From assembly GCA_051453625.1 (NCBI GenBank), contig JBOZIK010000001.1, positions 24,194,844 to 24,258,843 of the forward strand: 64,000 nucleotides of DNA, read 5' to 3'. A program made the translations under genes and the position numbers. Source of the DNA: Welwitschia mirabilis. Its lineage: Eukaryota. Positions 1 through 11,866 of the stretch are shown in pieces. Numbering within the stretch: position 1 is the first letter of the stretch; every line of letters begins with the position of its first letter. The notes beneath the pieces are model-generated. The model saw only the letters and a program-made list of their open reading frames with translations. It ran no database searches and was not told where the DNA came from.

Positions 1-2810
1 TAGGAGGGTTTCCCATCCCATAGCCTACACTTTGTTTCATAAGTCTGGGCAACTTTCAAAGATGTCAGGGTCAGACTGCTCAAAGGTGAGTATAGCTCCC
101 ATTGCAAATCTAATTTGAGAGTGGTAATATTTAATCCTCTTAGTAGTGTTTAAAGAAAATAGTAAGAAGATGCTATTAAAAATCAAATCATTTCTGATTT
201 CCTAAATCTACTAATAAGTCAAGTGAATCCTATCATTTAACCAAGTGTCAAGAATGTCATGGAACTTGTAGTACTTTTTCATTATTGCCATTAACTCTTT
301 ACTCCAAGTGCATTAATGAAACAAGTGGTGTGCAGTTTCAAAATAAGATTTGTAGATAGGACTGGTTGTTTCCACTTTTAAACCCCTCTTATTCAGTTGA
401 TCTCTAGTGATAACTTTATGATGATCCTTTACCTAATAAAATACTTTAATTTTTTTTGGAATTTAGCCCTTCCAATATTTCTTGTGGGAGTTATCTTTCC
501 CATATTTATTTAGAAGGATCTGTTTTGCTAAGTCTACATAGCAAATGTTTAACTCTAGCAGGTGTCTTCAAGCTTCACTGAGATGCATCCTCAGGTAGAA
601 TTCTCCTTGATCAGTGCTCTAATTTAGGTATTTGTGATTAATCAAATTACTCCAAGATTGTCCTCCTTCATTTAGACTTTTCAAGATACAGTAAGCTCTA
701 GTAAGAAGGTATTCTTCTAGTTTTTGAATCCCCCATTCTCTTGATTCTTTTGGATGGGCTATTGTCTTTCATTGTAAAGGTGAATTCAATTTTGATTTTT
801 ACCTCCAGGCCATATGAATTCCTTCAAGATCTTGTTAATTTTTTGATTGATATTATTTAGGTTGGGGAAGGGGTGATAACGAAAGCTATATATCGAAAGG
901 AAGAGATTAAACATGAGTTTGCAAGGATAATATTTACTTCAAATGAGAGAAGATTATTCTACCAAAAGTTGCATTGTCTTTAAATGGACTTAAGGATGTA
1001 GTTCCAGGTGAAGGTCTTATGCCAATTCCTAAGGGGAATTCCTAGGTAGATATCCTATAAGTCTCCCAATTTAGTGTTTAGAATTCTAATGATTTTATCC
1101 CCTCTAATACTATTTCTACCCAAGGTACAAATTATTGGCTTATTCCAGTTGGTATGAAGACCTATAGATACTGCGAAAGGTTTATGAAATTCTTGATGGC
1201 TCTTGCTTATTGACATGAAGTCTTAGTCATAATAATGGTATCATCTGCATAGTAATTATTAATGAAAGTTTGACCTCTGATTCTGATTCTTATAAATCCA
1301 TTGCTCTTTAAGAAGACCTGTGAAAAATTCATCACAAAAAGGAAAAGATATGGTTATAGGGAATCCTCTTGTCTTAATCCTCAACCTACTAAAAAAAATT
1401 TGACTTGTAATTGTTAAACCCATACTAAATTATGCTGATGCTTGCATATCTAGCCAAAGATTAATGATGTGTTAATGAAAACTTATTTTTCTAAGAATAC
1501 TTCCTAATGCTTGTTAACTAATTTAATCATAAGGTTTAGCAATATTTAATTTAGCAATAAGAAGAGGAAATTTATGTTTTTTAATAGAATGAATTATCTC
1601 ATGAGTTAGGAGGATTTGATCCTGGATATACCTGGATCAGATGAAGCCATCTTGATTCTCTAAAATAACCTTCAATAGCAAGGGGGCAATACAGCCAACC
1701 ATGATTTTTTCAAAGATTTTGTAAAGAACATTGCAAATACTTAAAGGTCTGAAATCCTTTGGTTTGCTAACATCTCTCTTTTTAAGGACAAGGACCACCT
1801 TGGTTCTATTCATTTCCCTAGGAATTTGCTTATTGTGAAAAAAATCCGATATGATGTCTTGAAGATTGTCCTCTAATATGAAAAAAAATGAGATTTAAAA
1901 AGTTCAAATAACTACCTATTTGGACTAAGAGCTCTATTATTCTTCATAGACCTCACAAGTAATAGGACTTCATCTCTGCTTAAGGGTTTAATAAGTAGGG
2001 AGTTGTCTTCATTAGAGATTCTCTTATTCTCTAGAATGAGGCTAGGGGTAATATCATTCCATTTCCAAATTATTATAAGGTGGGTCTAAATTTCCTTAAC
2101 TATGTCCTATTTGTTTTTAGTTGATCGGCCTCTAATGGTAAGCCTTCTGATCCTATTGTCTGATCTGTGTTGATTGGCTTGCTGGAAGAAAAACCCGGTA
2201 ATCTTGTCCTTCTTTTTAAGCTATTTTATCCTCAAATGTTCTCTCTAATAATCTTCCTCATCAACATTTATTTCTTAGAGTTATAATAGGCACTGATATT
2301 CCCTGTTATAGAAGTTATTTTGCTCTCCTCCCTTTTCTTGCTTAGTCTGGATTCTTTGGATTTCTTCCTCAAGATTTGCTTTGGACTCAAATCTTTCTTT
2401 ATCTTTCCTTTTTTAATCCCTTATATGGGCTTTTAGGTATTCAAGCCTCTGTAAAGGAAAGTTAAGAATTGTGTCCCATCATACTAGACTTATATTTTTT
2501 TTTCCATTAACATTCTAGTTTTTGTCTGGTTAATCTAATACTGTTCCATGTGAAACAGAGTTTTTTGGGGTGTAATTGCCCATACTCTGAGTCTGATAGG
2601 ATGGTGATCTGAAGCTATCATGTTCAAGCCATAGGATTTAATTAAAAGCTTAACTAAATCCTTGCCAACAAGGATTTTTTCAATCCTAGACATGATCAGA
2701 TTGTTGCCCATCCTTTTATTAGACCCGGTGTATTTGCATCTAGCAATATGGACATCTGTAAGAGTATTCTGAGCCAAAAAGTCTTTTAGGATTGAAGATC
2801 CTCTAGAATT
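1..2810 (-). mobile_element. Degenerate L1-clade LINE ORF2 (APE endonuclease, RT, zf-RVT); continues beyond the left window edge
   Basis: Minus-strand motifs in correct order: endonuclease C-terminus YTGSNKR..SRIEKILV..ASDHHPI (ORF 2535-2777); DFRPLSICNVLYKIFEK (~1705-1757); NQDGFI..IQDQILLTHEIIHSI (~1585-1657); GLRQEDSL*PYLF (~1340-1380); YADDT (~1240-1252); YLGIPL (~1030-1050); ETAHHLFH*C (~305-340). Many stops. Confidence 0.9.
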
Positions 2811-2999
2811 TCAGTTATTACCCCCTAATTTTTATTAATTTACTTGAGCTATTAAAACTTTTTATAATTTTTAAATTTATATTATCTATGATTTTTTAAA
2901 TAATTCTTTTATAAAGTTAATATATTTATAACTTATTTTATTCATTCCTATGTTTTCTATATCTACTCATTAAGCTCATTCTTCTTTTTCTTGTAATCA

Positions 3000-3600
3000 A
3001 CATTATAATTATCTCATGTTCATTCTTGACTTATTTTATATAGTTAAAATTATTTTTAATAATTTTTTTAAAATTATAATGCTTAATACTTTCTCTACAT
3101 GAGATTACTAATCATTCTAATGTAGATTCTTTTAATTCCCCTGATAATGCTTTAGTCCTTTCTCTGGCATCAATATCATGATTGGGACATTTAGCTAAAA
3201 AAATTTTATGTCTATCCATAAACTCTTCAATATCTCATAGGTTGAAACTTAAGAAAGAAATTCTTCAAGCTTCCCCGGAATTAAAATTTAATTAAAAAAA
3301 TCTATGATACTACAACTAAGTTTTTTTCTTTCAAGAATTAAAAAATCTTATAAATTATGAACTAGTAAATAAATATTTGGCCTTGCAAAAAGAATCAAAT
3401 AAATTTTAAATTCATTAATATCCGTTAAGATTTCTTTCTCTTAAAAGTTAGTAAATGTTATATTGATGTTTCTCACTTTTTATGTTGTTTGAGAATTAAG
3501 ATCTATTACAGTAATTTCCATTGGTTTATAAAAATGATCATCCATTAATGGTGTGGAGTATTATCATATTTCCAATATATTTGATCCCTCATTTTAGAAT
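3000..3600 (-). pseudogene. Possible Gypsy-type retrotransposon gag remnant
   Basis: Minus strand ~3180-3237 reads DIEEFMDRHKIFLAKCPNHD, resembling the Athila/Tat gag 'E....F..R.K....CP.H' motif. KYDNTPHH near 3550-3573 resembles the 'G.Y..DP..H' gag motif seen at ~28290. Highly degraded. Confidence 0.4.
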
Positions 3601-4427
3601 TAGTTTATCAATTTTTATCCGAATAGAACAAAATTGGTCGTGGTTAACGCGGGTTTGATGAAGCGCGAGGAAAGAAGTAAAAGTAAAAAACCTTTCTATT
3701 TATTTATACTTAATCCATTTCTTTTTGTAATTTTTTCCTCTTCATGTTTTTAAAATTTTATGCTCTAGTTTAAAAATTGGCAAGGGACCATTTTTTCTTT
3801 TAAATAGATTTCAAATATTTCATTATCTTCATCCATAAAATCTTATGATATTTTTTACTTAAAAATATTAATTATAGCTTTGGTTAATTTTAATGTTTAA
3901 TAGTCCTTCATAAATCTGTCCTTTTCATCTTCCTACTTTTCTTTACTATATTTCTTTATTATAACTTTTCCTCTTTTAATGCCATGCTTATATTTAAAAA
4001 AATATTTTTTAAAATGTTTTAACTTTCTTTTTTTAATAGATATATATTAGCTTCAAGAATTTAAATCTACTTAGTACTCATTTAGTGCTAAAATAATTGG
4101 TGTTAGTATCTCTAGAAAAGTATGCTAAATTTATGTTAATGTTAGTACTCATTCTATTATTATAATTCTTAAATATGCTAAAATATATAAATATGATTCC
4201 AAAAGCCATAAATACAAGCATTAATATTTGGCTCTTTGGAGGTTTATGAGTTCTACTAATCTAAGTCTCTATTCAAATAAGACATGTAATACAGTTGTTA
4301 ACCTTCAAAATAATTATCTTGAATGCTAAAACTATTCTATTATGAAAGTTAATGCTTTCACTTCATTATCGATAATCACAACTGAAGGCTCTTAATGAAG
4401 TAATTTATTAGACTTATAAAGTGGGGG

Positions 4428-6000
4428 TGTTAATCTACCTAGTTTTGATGTGCCAAATTTATCAAATTCAATGTCATATATGTGGAGGGATTATGAAGTT
4501 AAGAATTCATTTAATGCATTAAATATATCTATAAATATGAAAGACATCTACAACATGTTAAGTCATCTATAAGAGTTGAAGATATTTATAAAACATCTAG
4601 TGAGTTTTTTAGAGGTTAAGTTTAAAACTAAGATTTCATCTAGTATGATGTATTTTAGGAATATACAATAAAAACATCTACACAAGATGAAGATGTCTAC
4701 TATACCTCTGGACATCTATAGAATGGGATATGTCTTAGCTAAATCAAGTAACATTCATCAAAAGATGTTTATAAATCATGCAGACATCTACAACATAAGA
4801 AGGCATCTTAACTAATTCAAAGGAGTCTAATATAGCAAAGATGAAGATGTGTTAGCTAATCTCAAAAAACTAAAGGGAAAATCTAAGGTTTGAAGATGTA
4901 TAAATACATTGAAGACATTTACAGGATATGAAGATGCTTATTAAAATTGAAGATGGTTTAGTTAAACTTAGAACCTTGATAGAGTGGCTATAGATTGAAG
5001 ATGTCTATACCAAATGAAGACATATATGAAATCTAAAGATGTCTTTAAAGATATCTATTATGAGTTCAAATAGAAAAACTAAATATCCATTAAAGGGCAC
5101 AGATCTAACTATTTTACATGAACCCAGTAGAGGTCTTACATATAAGAGGGAATTACAAACCCTAAGCTTAAAAATTATTTGCATAAAAATAATCATAGAG
5201 GAATCAATTAGAAAAAATATGAGAAACTATTAAATAGATTAAAAATCAAGGACATAAGAAAGTAAGTGAGAAAAATGAAATGACATATCAGAAAATAGGA
5301 TTAGTAACAGGGTTTTATTATTAAAGGTTGGGATTTTTTTTCCTTTAGACTATGAATTTTTATCATTATTTCAAGATGTCTTCTTACCATTACAACATTG
5401 TAAATATGAATAAATAATAAATATATTTTTCATATTATCTATTCTCTTCTCTGGTAAGCAAGTTGCATTTACTTTCTTTCATTCTCTATTATCTTAAGCT
5501 TACTTCTTTTTTCTATAGATTTTGCAGTTAGAGATCGCCATATGAATCTATAAGAATCTTAGTAGTTTCACATATTATATTCACTTATATCTTAGACTTT
5601 TAGAGGATTACGTCTTGTTAGGTCCAAGTTGGATTTAAAGTTATAAGTGTACCAAGTGAGGCACTAGGATGTGTTCTTAAGGGGAATACCTGTGTTGTGT
5701 GTTTAAACCCTAAGGGGTTTGGTGAGATATCTTGCAAAGAGAAACTCTTTATTCTAAGATTTATGAGATTCATGATAAGCCATAAAGCATGGATTTTGTG
5801 ATAAGTAGTAAACGTATAAAGGTGTATTAGATTTGATCCTCTAAGTGTGTAGAACCTAGTTTGGAAAATCATGGTAGATTGATAAGAATTTCATTTTTGC
5901 TTTACATGATCTTAAGTTCCACTAGCTATTAATTTTTGTTTATAGTATAATTTTTATTTTAAACTAATTCATCCCTTCCTTTTAAGTTCAACAATCCATA
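4428..6000 (+). repeat. 5' LTR of the outer SIRE-like element
   Basis: Starts tgttaa, ends aatccata, directly followed by the PBS. Contains >12 AGACATCT/AGATGTCT-type motifs. Aligns with 18550-20141. Confidence 0.85.
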
Positions 6001-6055
6001 AGTGGTATTAAAGCTAGTAGTTATGAAAAGGCATAAAACCCTTAAATTAACTATT

Positions 6056-9000
6056 ATGAAGGATTTCTCAACTACTAGACCTTTACTTTTCAATAAAATA
6101 AACTATGCCTATTAAAACATGTGGATGTGTGTATACTTAATTTAAAGTGTGGTAGACTATTAAAGATGGATACTCAACTCTCATAGGGACTACCACAAAT
6201 TTAGCTAGTGTATGCATCACAAAACTAAGGATAGGAAAACCTTGATTAAGCATACAAAGGATGCTCACATATACAGCTATAAGGAAAAGAATGCACTATA
6301 CTACACTCTTTATCCTAAGGAACTCAATGGAGTGGCTAGTTGTAGTACTGTAAAGAAAGTATGAGATGTTTTCAAAGGCACATATGAAGGTACATCTATA
6401 GTCTAATAGTATAAGTTGTTAATTTAAACCAATTAATTTGAAAACCTCAGGATGAATGAAGAAGAAAGAATTCCTGAGTACTTCACTAAGATGAGCAACA
6501 TAGTTAATTTCATCCATGGAATTGGTGGAGAGCTATCAAGAGAAAAAGATGATTTAAAAAGTGGTAAGATCATGTACTCTAGCATAGAAGTCTAAGACCA
6601 CTTCCGTGGAAAAGTTTGAGAATTTTGTCATAATGAAATTTGAAGAACTATAAAGTTCCTTAATCATTTATTAGATGAACTTAATAGAATACGAGATTGT
6701 CAAAGAAAACCCATAGCACTCAAGGTAAATAATAAGTAAAAGTAACACAACAAATGAAATAGCTACCTTAGATGATGGATTAGAAGATATGTTAATGATG
6801 AACTTAGTCTTAACTCTAAATGGGTTAAAAATCTTCTATCTATATGAAATGAAAGAAGAGAGGAGCATACAAGATCATATAAGCAGTAAGGAAAATGTAA
6901 AAGCAAACCTAAGAACTCTCATTTTACATACAAAGTGATCTCTCAGATTTAGAGTATTAAAATTATGGGGGTAGAATCCATCTTACCTCAGAATATGTGA
7001 GTACTAATAGAATGCATGTGAAAAAATAAAAAGAGAGAATATAAAGGAAATAAAAACTTTTTAACTAGTTGGGATAATGATAAACACATCACTGAGGAGG
7101 AACTCTTAGATGAGAATAACCAAAATATCCATCTATCATTCATGAAAATCATTTATGAGGAATTTGGTACAAATGCTAGGAACTTTATGGTGAATGTCGA
7201 GTTAACTCTTCAAAAAAGTTATGAATTAATTTTAGAATAATCCATCAATTGAAAAAACTTATCCACTAAAATGAAAAATTTAATCAACAATCACAACTTA
7301 GCCTACAAATAAGAAAAAAATCATATTCCAAGTTAAGAAGCAAGAATCTTTCCTTTAAGACCGAGATTGATAATCTAACAAAGGAGCTATAAATGTGAAA
7401 TAAGAAATACATGATTTCAAGTACATGAATACAATATTTATCCAAAGCAAAAGAACCTTTAACATCATGCTTGTTGAAGGAAGAAGACCTAGTGACAAAA
7501 GTGGTGTAGATAACCATGAAGTACCTACATGATAATCACAAGGCAACTTATAGAACGTCTTTATAAATTAAAAGAATAAGCTAAGGTATGATCAATAAGT
7601 ATATATAAAAATATTACCTATTTCTACTCTCATAAAATAAGGCTTTATAGGAAATTTTTGTCCCTTACTCTTTAAGAAATGAAACTACACTTATCATGGT
7701 CAAAAGCAAAAGAGATGTTTTGAAATGTCTTTATATAAGAAGAAATGGATTCTAAAAGTGTTACAATAATGCTCTTATTACTTAAATAACCTTCTATTAC
7801 ATGAAAAAAGAATCTCTAATATCCAGACAAGGGATGTTCTAGACACATAACTAGAAACAAATCAATGTTCATCTTCCTTATTGATTAAGACCACGTTAAT
7901 GCTTCTTTTGATGATAGAATTAAGGATCCAATCAAAGGTATTGGTATGCTAGGAGGTAGTAACCTCTCTATGGTTTAAAAAAAATGTTTTTTTTATGTGG
8001 AGGGATTAAATCACAACCTTTTAAGTATGAATCAACTTTGTAATTCCAATTTTGATATTACCTTCTCAAAAGATGGTTGTATTATTAAAGACCATAGTTT
8101 AGATAAAGTGTTATTTGCTAGTTAAATAAAAGTAACTATTTATATTACCTCACTTAGTAATATTGTTAATAAAGATGTAAAGTATTTTCTTAGTATCATA
8201 GCTAATGCAAATATTTGGTGGAGAAAGCTTAGACATGTGAACATGTAGTTATTACAAACTTTGTTAACTAGACATCTTGTATGAGGTTTTTTCAAGCTTA
8301 AGCCTTGATAAACAAATTTGTAATGACTATTATAAATAAAAGAAAATAAGGTTAATGTTTATTTTAAAAACTTAATATCTACTTCTTGTCCCTTATACAT
8401 GCTACATCTTGATATAGTATGGACTTCACAAATAGAAAGTCTTGGAAAAAAGAGATACTATTTTACAATTGATGATGATTACTCTTGTTTTTCATGAGTA
8501 GCATTTCTTACACATCAAGTGGAGGATTTTGACCATTTTGCTAAGTTGTACATAAAGTTGTAGAATGAGAAAGAATATCACATCAAACTTATTAAAAGTA
8601 ACAACGGTGAAAAATTCAAAAATGCATGCTTAAATGAGTTTTGTAAATGACATGAGATACAATATTAATTCTTTCCTCTAAGAATAACCACCAAAAAAAA
8701 AAAAAACCAAAGTGAAAAAAATAAATTGTTGAATAAAATAATGAGAATGATGCTACATGATTAGAAGATAGCTTACCACTTCTAAAATAAAGCTATGAAC
8801 ACCTCTTGTTATATTTCAAAGCACCTTCTAATAAAATAGCTTATAACCAAGACTTCATGTGAGCTATGGTATGGCAAGAAACCAACAATAAGTTATTTTC
8901 ATGTTTTTAGCTCTAAATGCTATATTTTAAATGAAAAGAGGAAGCTAAGAAATTTTGATACCAAGGTCAATGAAGGTATTTTCCTTGGATACTCTATGAT

Positions 9001-9470
9001 TACTAAGAATCACATAATTTTTAATGAATAAATTTTAACATTAAAAGGAATAATAAATATAAAAATTAATGATGTTCATATACAAAATTATTCCTATGTT
9101 CAAGATGATGAGGATGATAATGTATAGAGTTAACATACTTTAACAATGAAACAAGCTAATTCTAATAGTAACATAGATGGTGACAATAATCTAAGATCAC
9201 CAAACCTTTAAGAATGAGTAGACTAGATAAAGAACACTCAAGGAGTGACATCATTGGAAGTCCTTATAGTGGATTCAAAATAGAGAAATCATTATATATG
9301 AATTTTTTGAACATGCTATGTACATATCCAAGATAAATCTCAAAAGTTTCACAAATGTTAAAGATGATAAAGACTAGTTGTTTTTCATATAAGAGGATTT
9401 ATTCAAATGTGGATATTTAAAGTCTAGGATAGCCTGCATTAGGTAAGTTGGAGGTATATGCCTTCTTATC
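6056..9470 (+). pseudogene. Copia gag-protease-integrase pseudogene with RT/RNaseH largely deleted
   Basis: GFSTTRPLLF..NYAY gag start (~6060); YEGTS (~6385); protease-like 'D.GCSRH.T' (~7822-7852); W..KL.HVN (~8215); rve motifs LHLD, IDDDYS, IKSNNGEKF (~8400-8620); W YGKKP..SYFHVF.SKCYI (~8865-8930); RT start to ~9405 then RNaseH tail. Confidence 0.8.
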
Positions 9471-10169
9471 AACTCTAGTGGCTATTTATTATAAATCCTT
9501 TTTTATCTAGATTTATCATGTACTGGTATAAGTTTATCATATGTGTTACATGGTTATGATATTTTTTAGCACATTTTCAATGTGGACATCTCCCATGATG
9601 TATACATCTTTGCATGTGATAGAAATATTAGAATAGTATAAGCATTTACTACTTAATATTCTATTTACATCACTTCATAGTCAGAATATCTTATGGTGAA
9701 TAATAATCTAACTTTTAGTTTTTTCTGTGCATGTTTTCCATATATGTCTTTAATCATGTAGATATTTTCATGGGTTATAGATATCTTCTAATGTCATATG
9801 TATTTAATGTTAGAGCTATGTTTTTTAGAGGTTGAATTGATCTAGATATCTCATTTATTATAGATGTCTATGAAACTTGTTCTAGACATCTTCAAGTTTA
9901 AATACATCTACAAACTAGATTGAGATAGAAAAAAACTTAGGATTAGATGTCTTTGCAAAGGTAAAACCCTTTTCTAAATCATCATTTTAAGATCTTTAAC
10001 TTTTATGTATTTCTTTTAGAACCCTCTATCTTTATATTCTAAATAATTTTTTTCTATTACAAAAAAAATGTCCTATTTAAATGAAAGGTACCTACTCTCT
10101 CTCAACAATTTCTAGTCTCCTTTCCAAGTTCTAGTTTTGGGTCAATTGTCAGTTTTAGGTTAGTCTTTT

Positions 10170-11340
10170 AAAAAATTTTTTGAAAAAAAGGTACATAAGG
10201 TTCTAGAAGATATTTAAGAGCTTATAAGGATGAATAATTAACTCAAAATAATATGTATAGACCTACTTTTCTGAACTCAAATGAAAACAAGGGATATACT
10301 ATTCGGTAGTCTTTCAATATCATTATAGAGAGGACATTGGGATATAAACCAAATAGATGGACTTAAATTTATTGATTCTTCAATGATCTTAGCTATAAAA
10401 GTTATTTGATCTTTTATAAGGCATTATAGATCAAATGGTTAGAGATGTTTACGACAATATCGATGACATTGACATTGATGAAAGAACTTTCTCTACTTAA
10501 GTAAGTGAATAAAGTCTATGTGCATCTTTGCAATTTATTAATAGCTTATTTGAAATTAATGTTACCAATGTTTCTCAAGTTTGTGTTTTTCACTTTAAAA
10601 AGTATTTTCCCAAATAAATAAGTTAAAGTTACTAGAAAATATCTCACTTCATGTGTTTTTGACCTATCATGCATTTCTCTTAAGGAATGTCTAGAATAGA
10701 AAGGTATAACTTATGATGCATTTACCTTAAGAATAATTGTATTTTATAATAAAATAGTCAGAGATGGTAGTTATAGCTATTATTCCACTATGAAAACACT
10801 TATAGTTTACTTCTTATTATCCAACATTTAGATAGACATTGGTCTTATCATTTATAAGGATATGATTTTATAGTTCCATTGTGCTTAGACTTTTGGGTAC
10901 TTCTTCTTAATTATCATATTTGTTTCTAATGCTAAAAGAGTTATATCATATTTTAATTTGATTAAACGAAATAAATATCTTTCTGACTTCAATGAAAAGA
11001 GAAGGAAATTTAAGTAAAAAAGTAAAGTCACTATTCTTAGATACACACTCTAAAATGGTCCATATCTATTAGGGTACAAGTGTCATCTTTAGTTAGGAAA
11101 CGGCTTCGAGAAATTGCCAAGGTGGTAGGGAAGATTGAAAAGAATATCATAAGGTTAAAAAAATGTCACAATAAGTATGCTAAGAAAATAGTTAATGAGA
11201 GAAAGGGATAGCAAAAGTAGACAAAATGGGCACACTAGTCTAGATTGATAGTAGTGAGGAATAGGGTAGAGGTACATATTATGACTTAAGCCATAAAGAG
11301 GATTTCCCATAAGCACAAGGGCCTATAGTGTAAGGGGAGA
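10170..11340 (+). pseudogene. Remnant of extra 3' (env-like) ORF of the outer SIRE-like element
   Basis: Lies between pol end and the 3' region, where the two better-preserved SIRE elements carry their extra ORF. An 'FY.N'-like segment near 10445. Heavily decayed. Confidence 0.4.
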
Positions 11341-11866
11341 TCTAGATATTAACTTAATAATCTTGTAGCAAGTCTAACATAACATTTTAGGCTATTTTTC
11401 TTGGTAAACTTAAGATTTAAAGGTAATCACATCCTCCAATTGAATCATTGCCATATATTTTTCAATCACTAGTGAATGCACTAGTGGGTACTTTATATTT
11501 TTCCTAAGGGAGAACATCCAATATATTTGGTACATTCATTATGCCTTAGACTTACTCCCAGATGCATTAGCATGTTATTCATGTAAGAAAAGAGACGTGG
11601 CATCCTCCAAGTTCTAATGTCTAGAAGGAAACCTTGTTATTATATTGCACATATTAGGAATCATCTTTCAAGTATTATGGCCACATAAATAATAGTGATG
11701 AGAATGATCATGCTAAGGTTAGTACACACCGTGGTCCCATGCCTAGGGATACGTAAAAATCCTAGTGGTGTACTTGTCTATTTAAGCAAGCTATTTATTT
11801 GAATAAGATAAAGAAGAAATAAAATTTATATTTTGAAAATCTTGTGCTCTCCATTTTTTGCACTCT

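Noticed and set aside
4420..4427. G-run before the first LTR as a PPT, implying a tandem upstream element
   Set aside because: No plus-strand pol sequence upstream; it may just be the target site, and no clean TSD settles it.
4520..5050. CRISPR-like spaced repeats (also 55760-56220)
   Set aside because: The motifs are only 8-11 bp, degenerate and irregular, lie inside plant LTRs and have no cas genes nearby.
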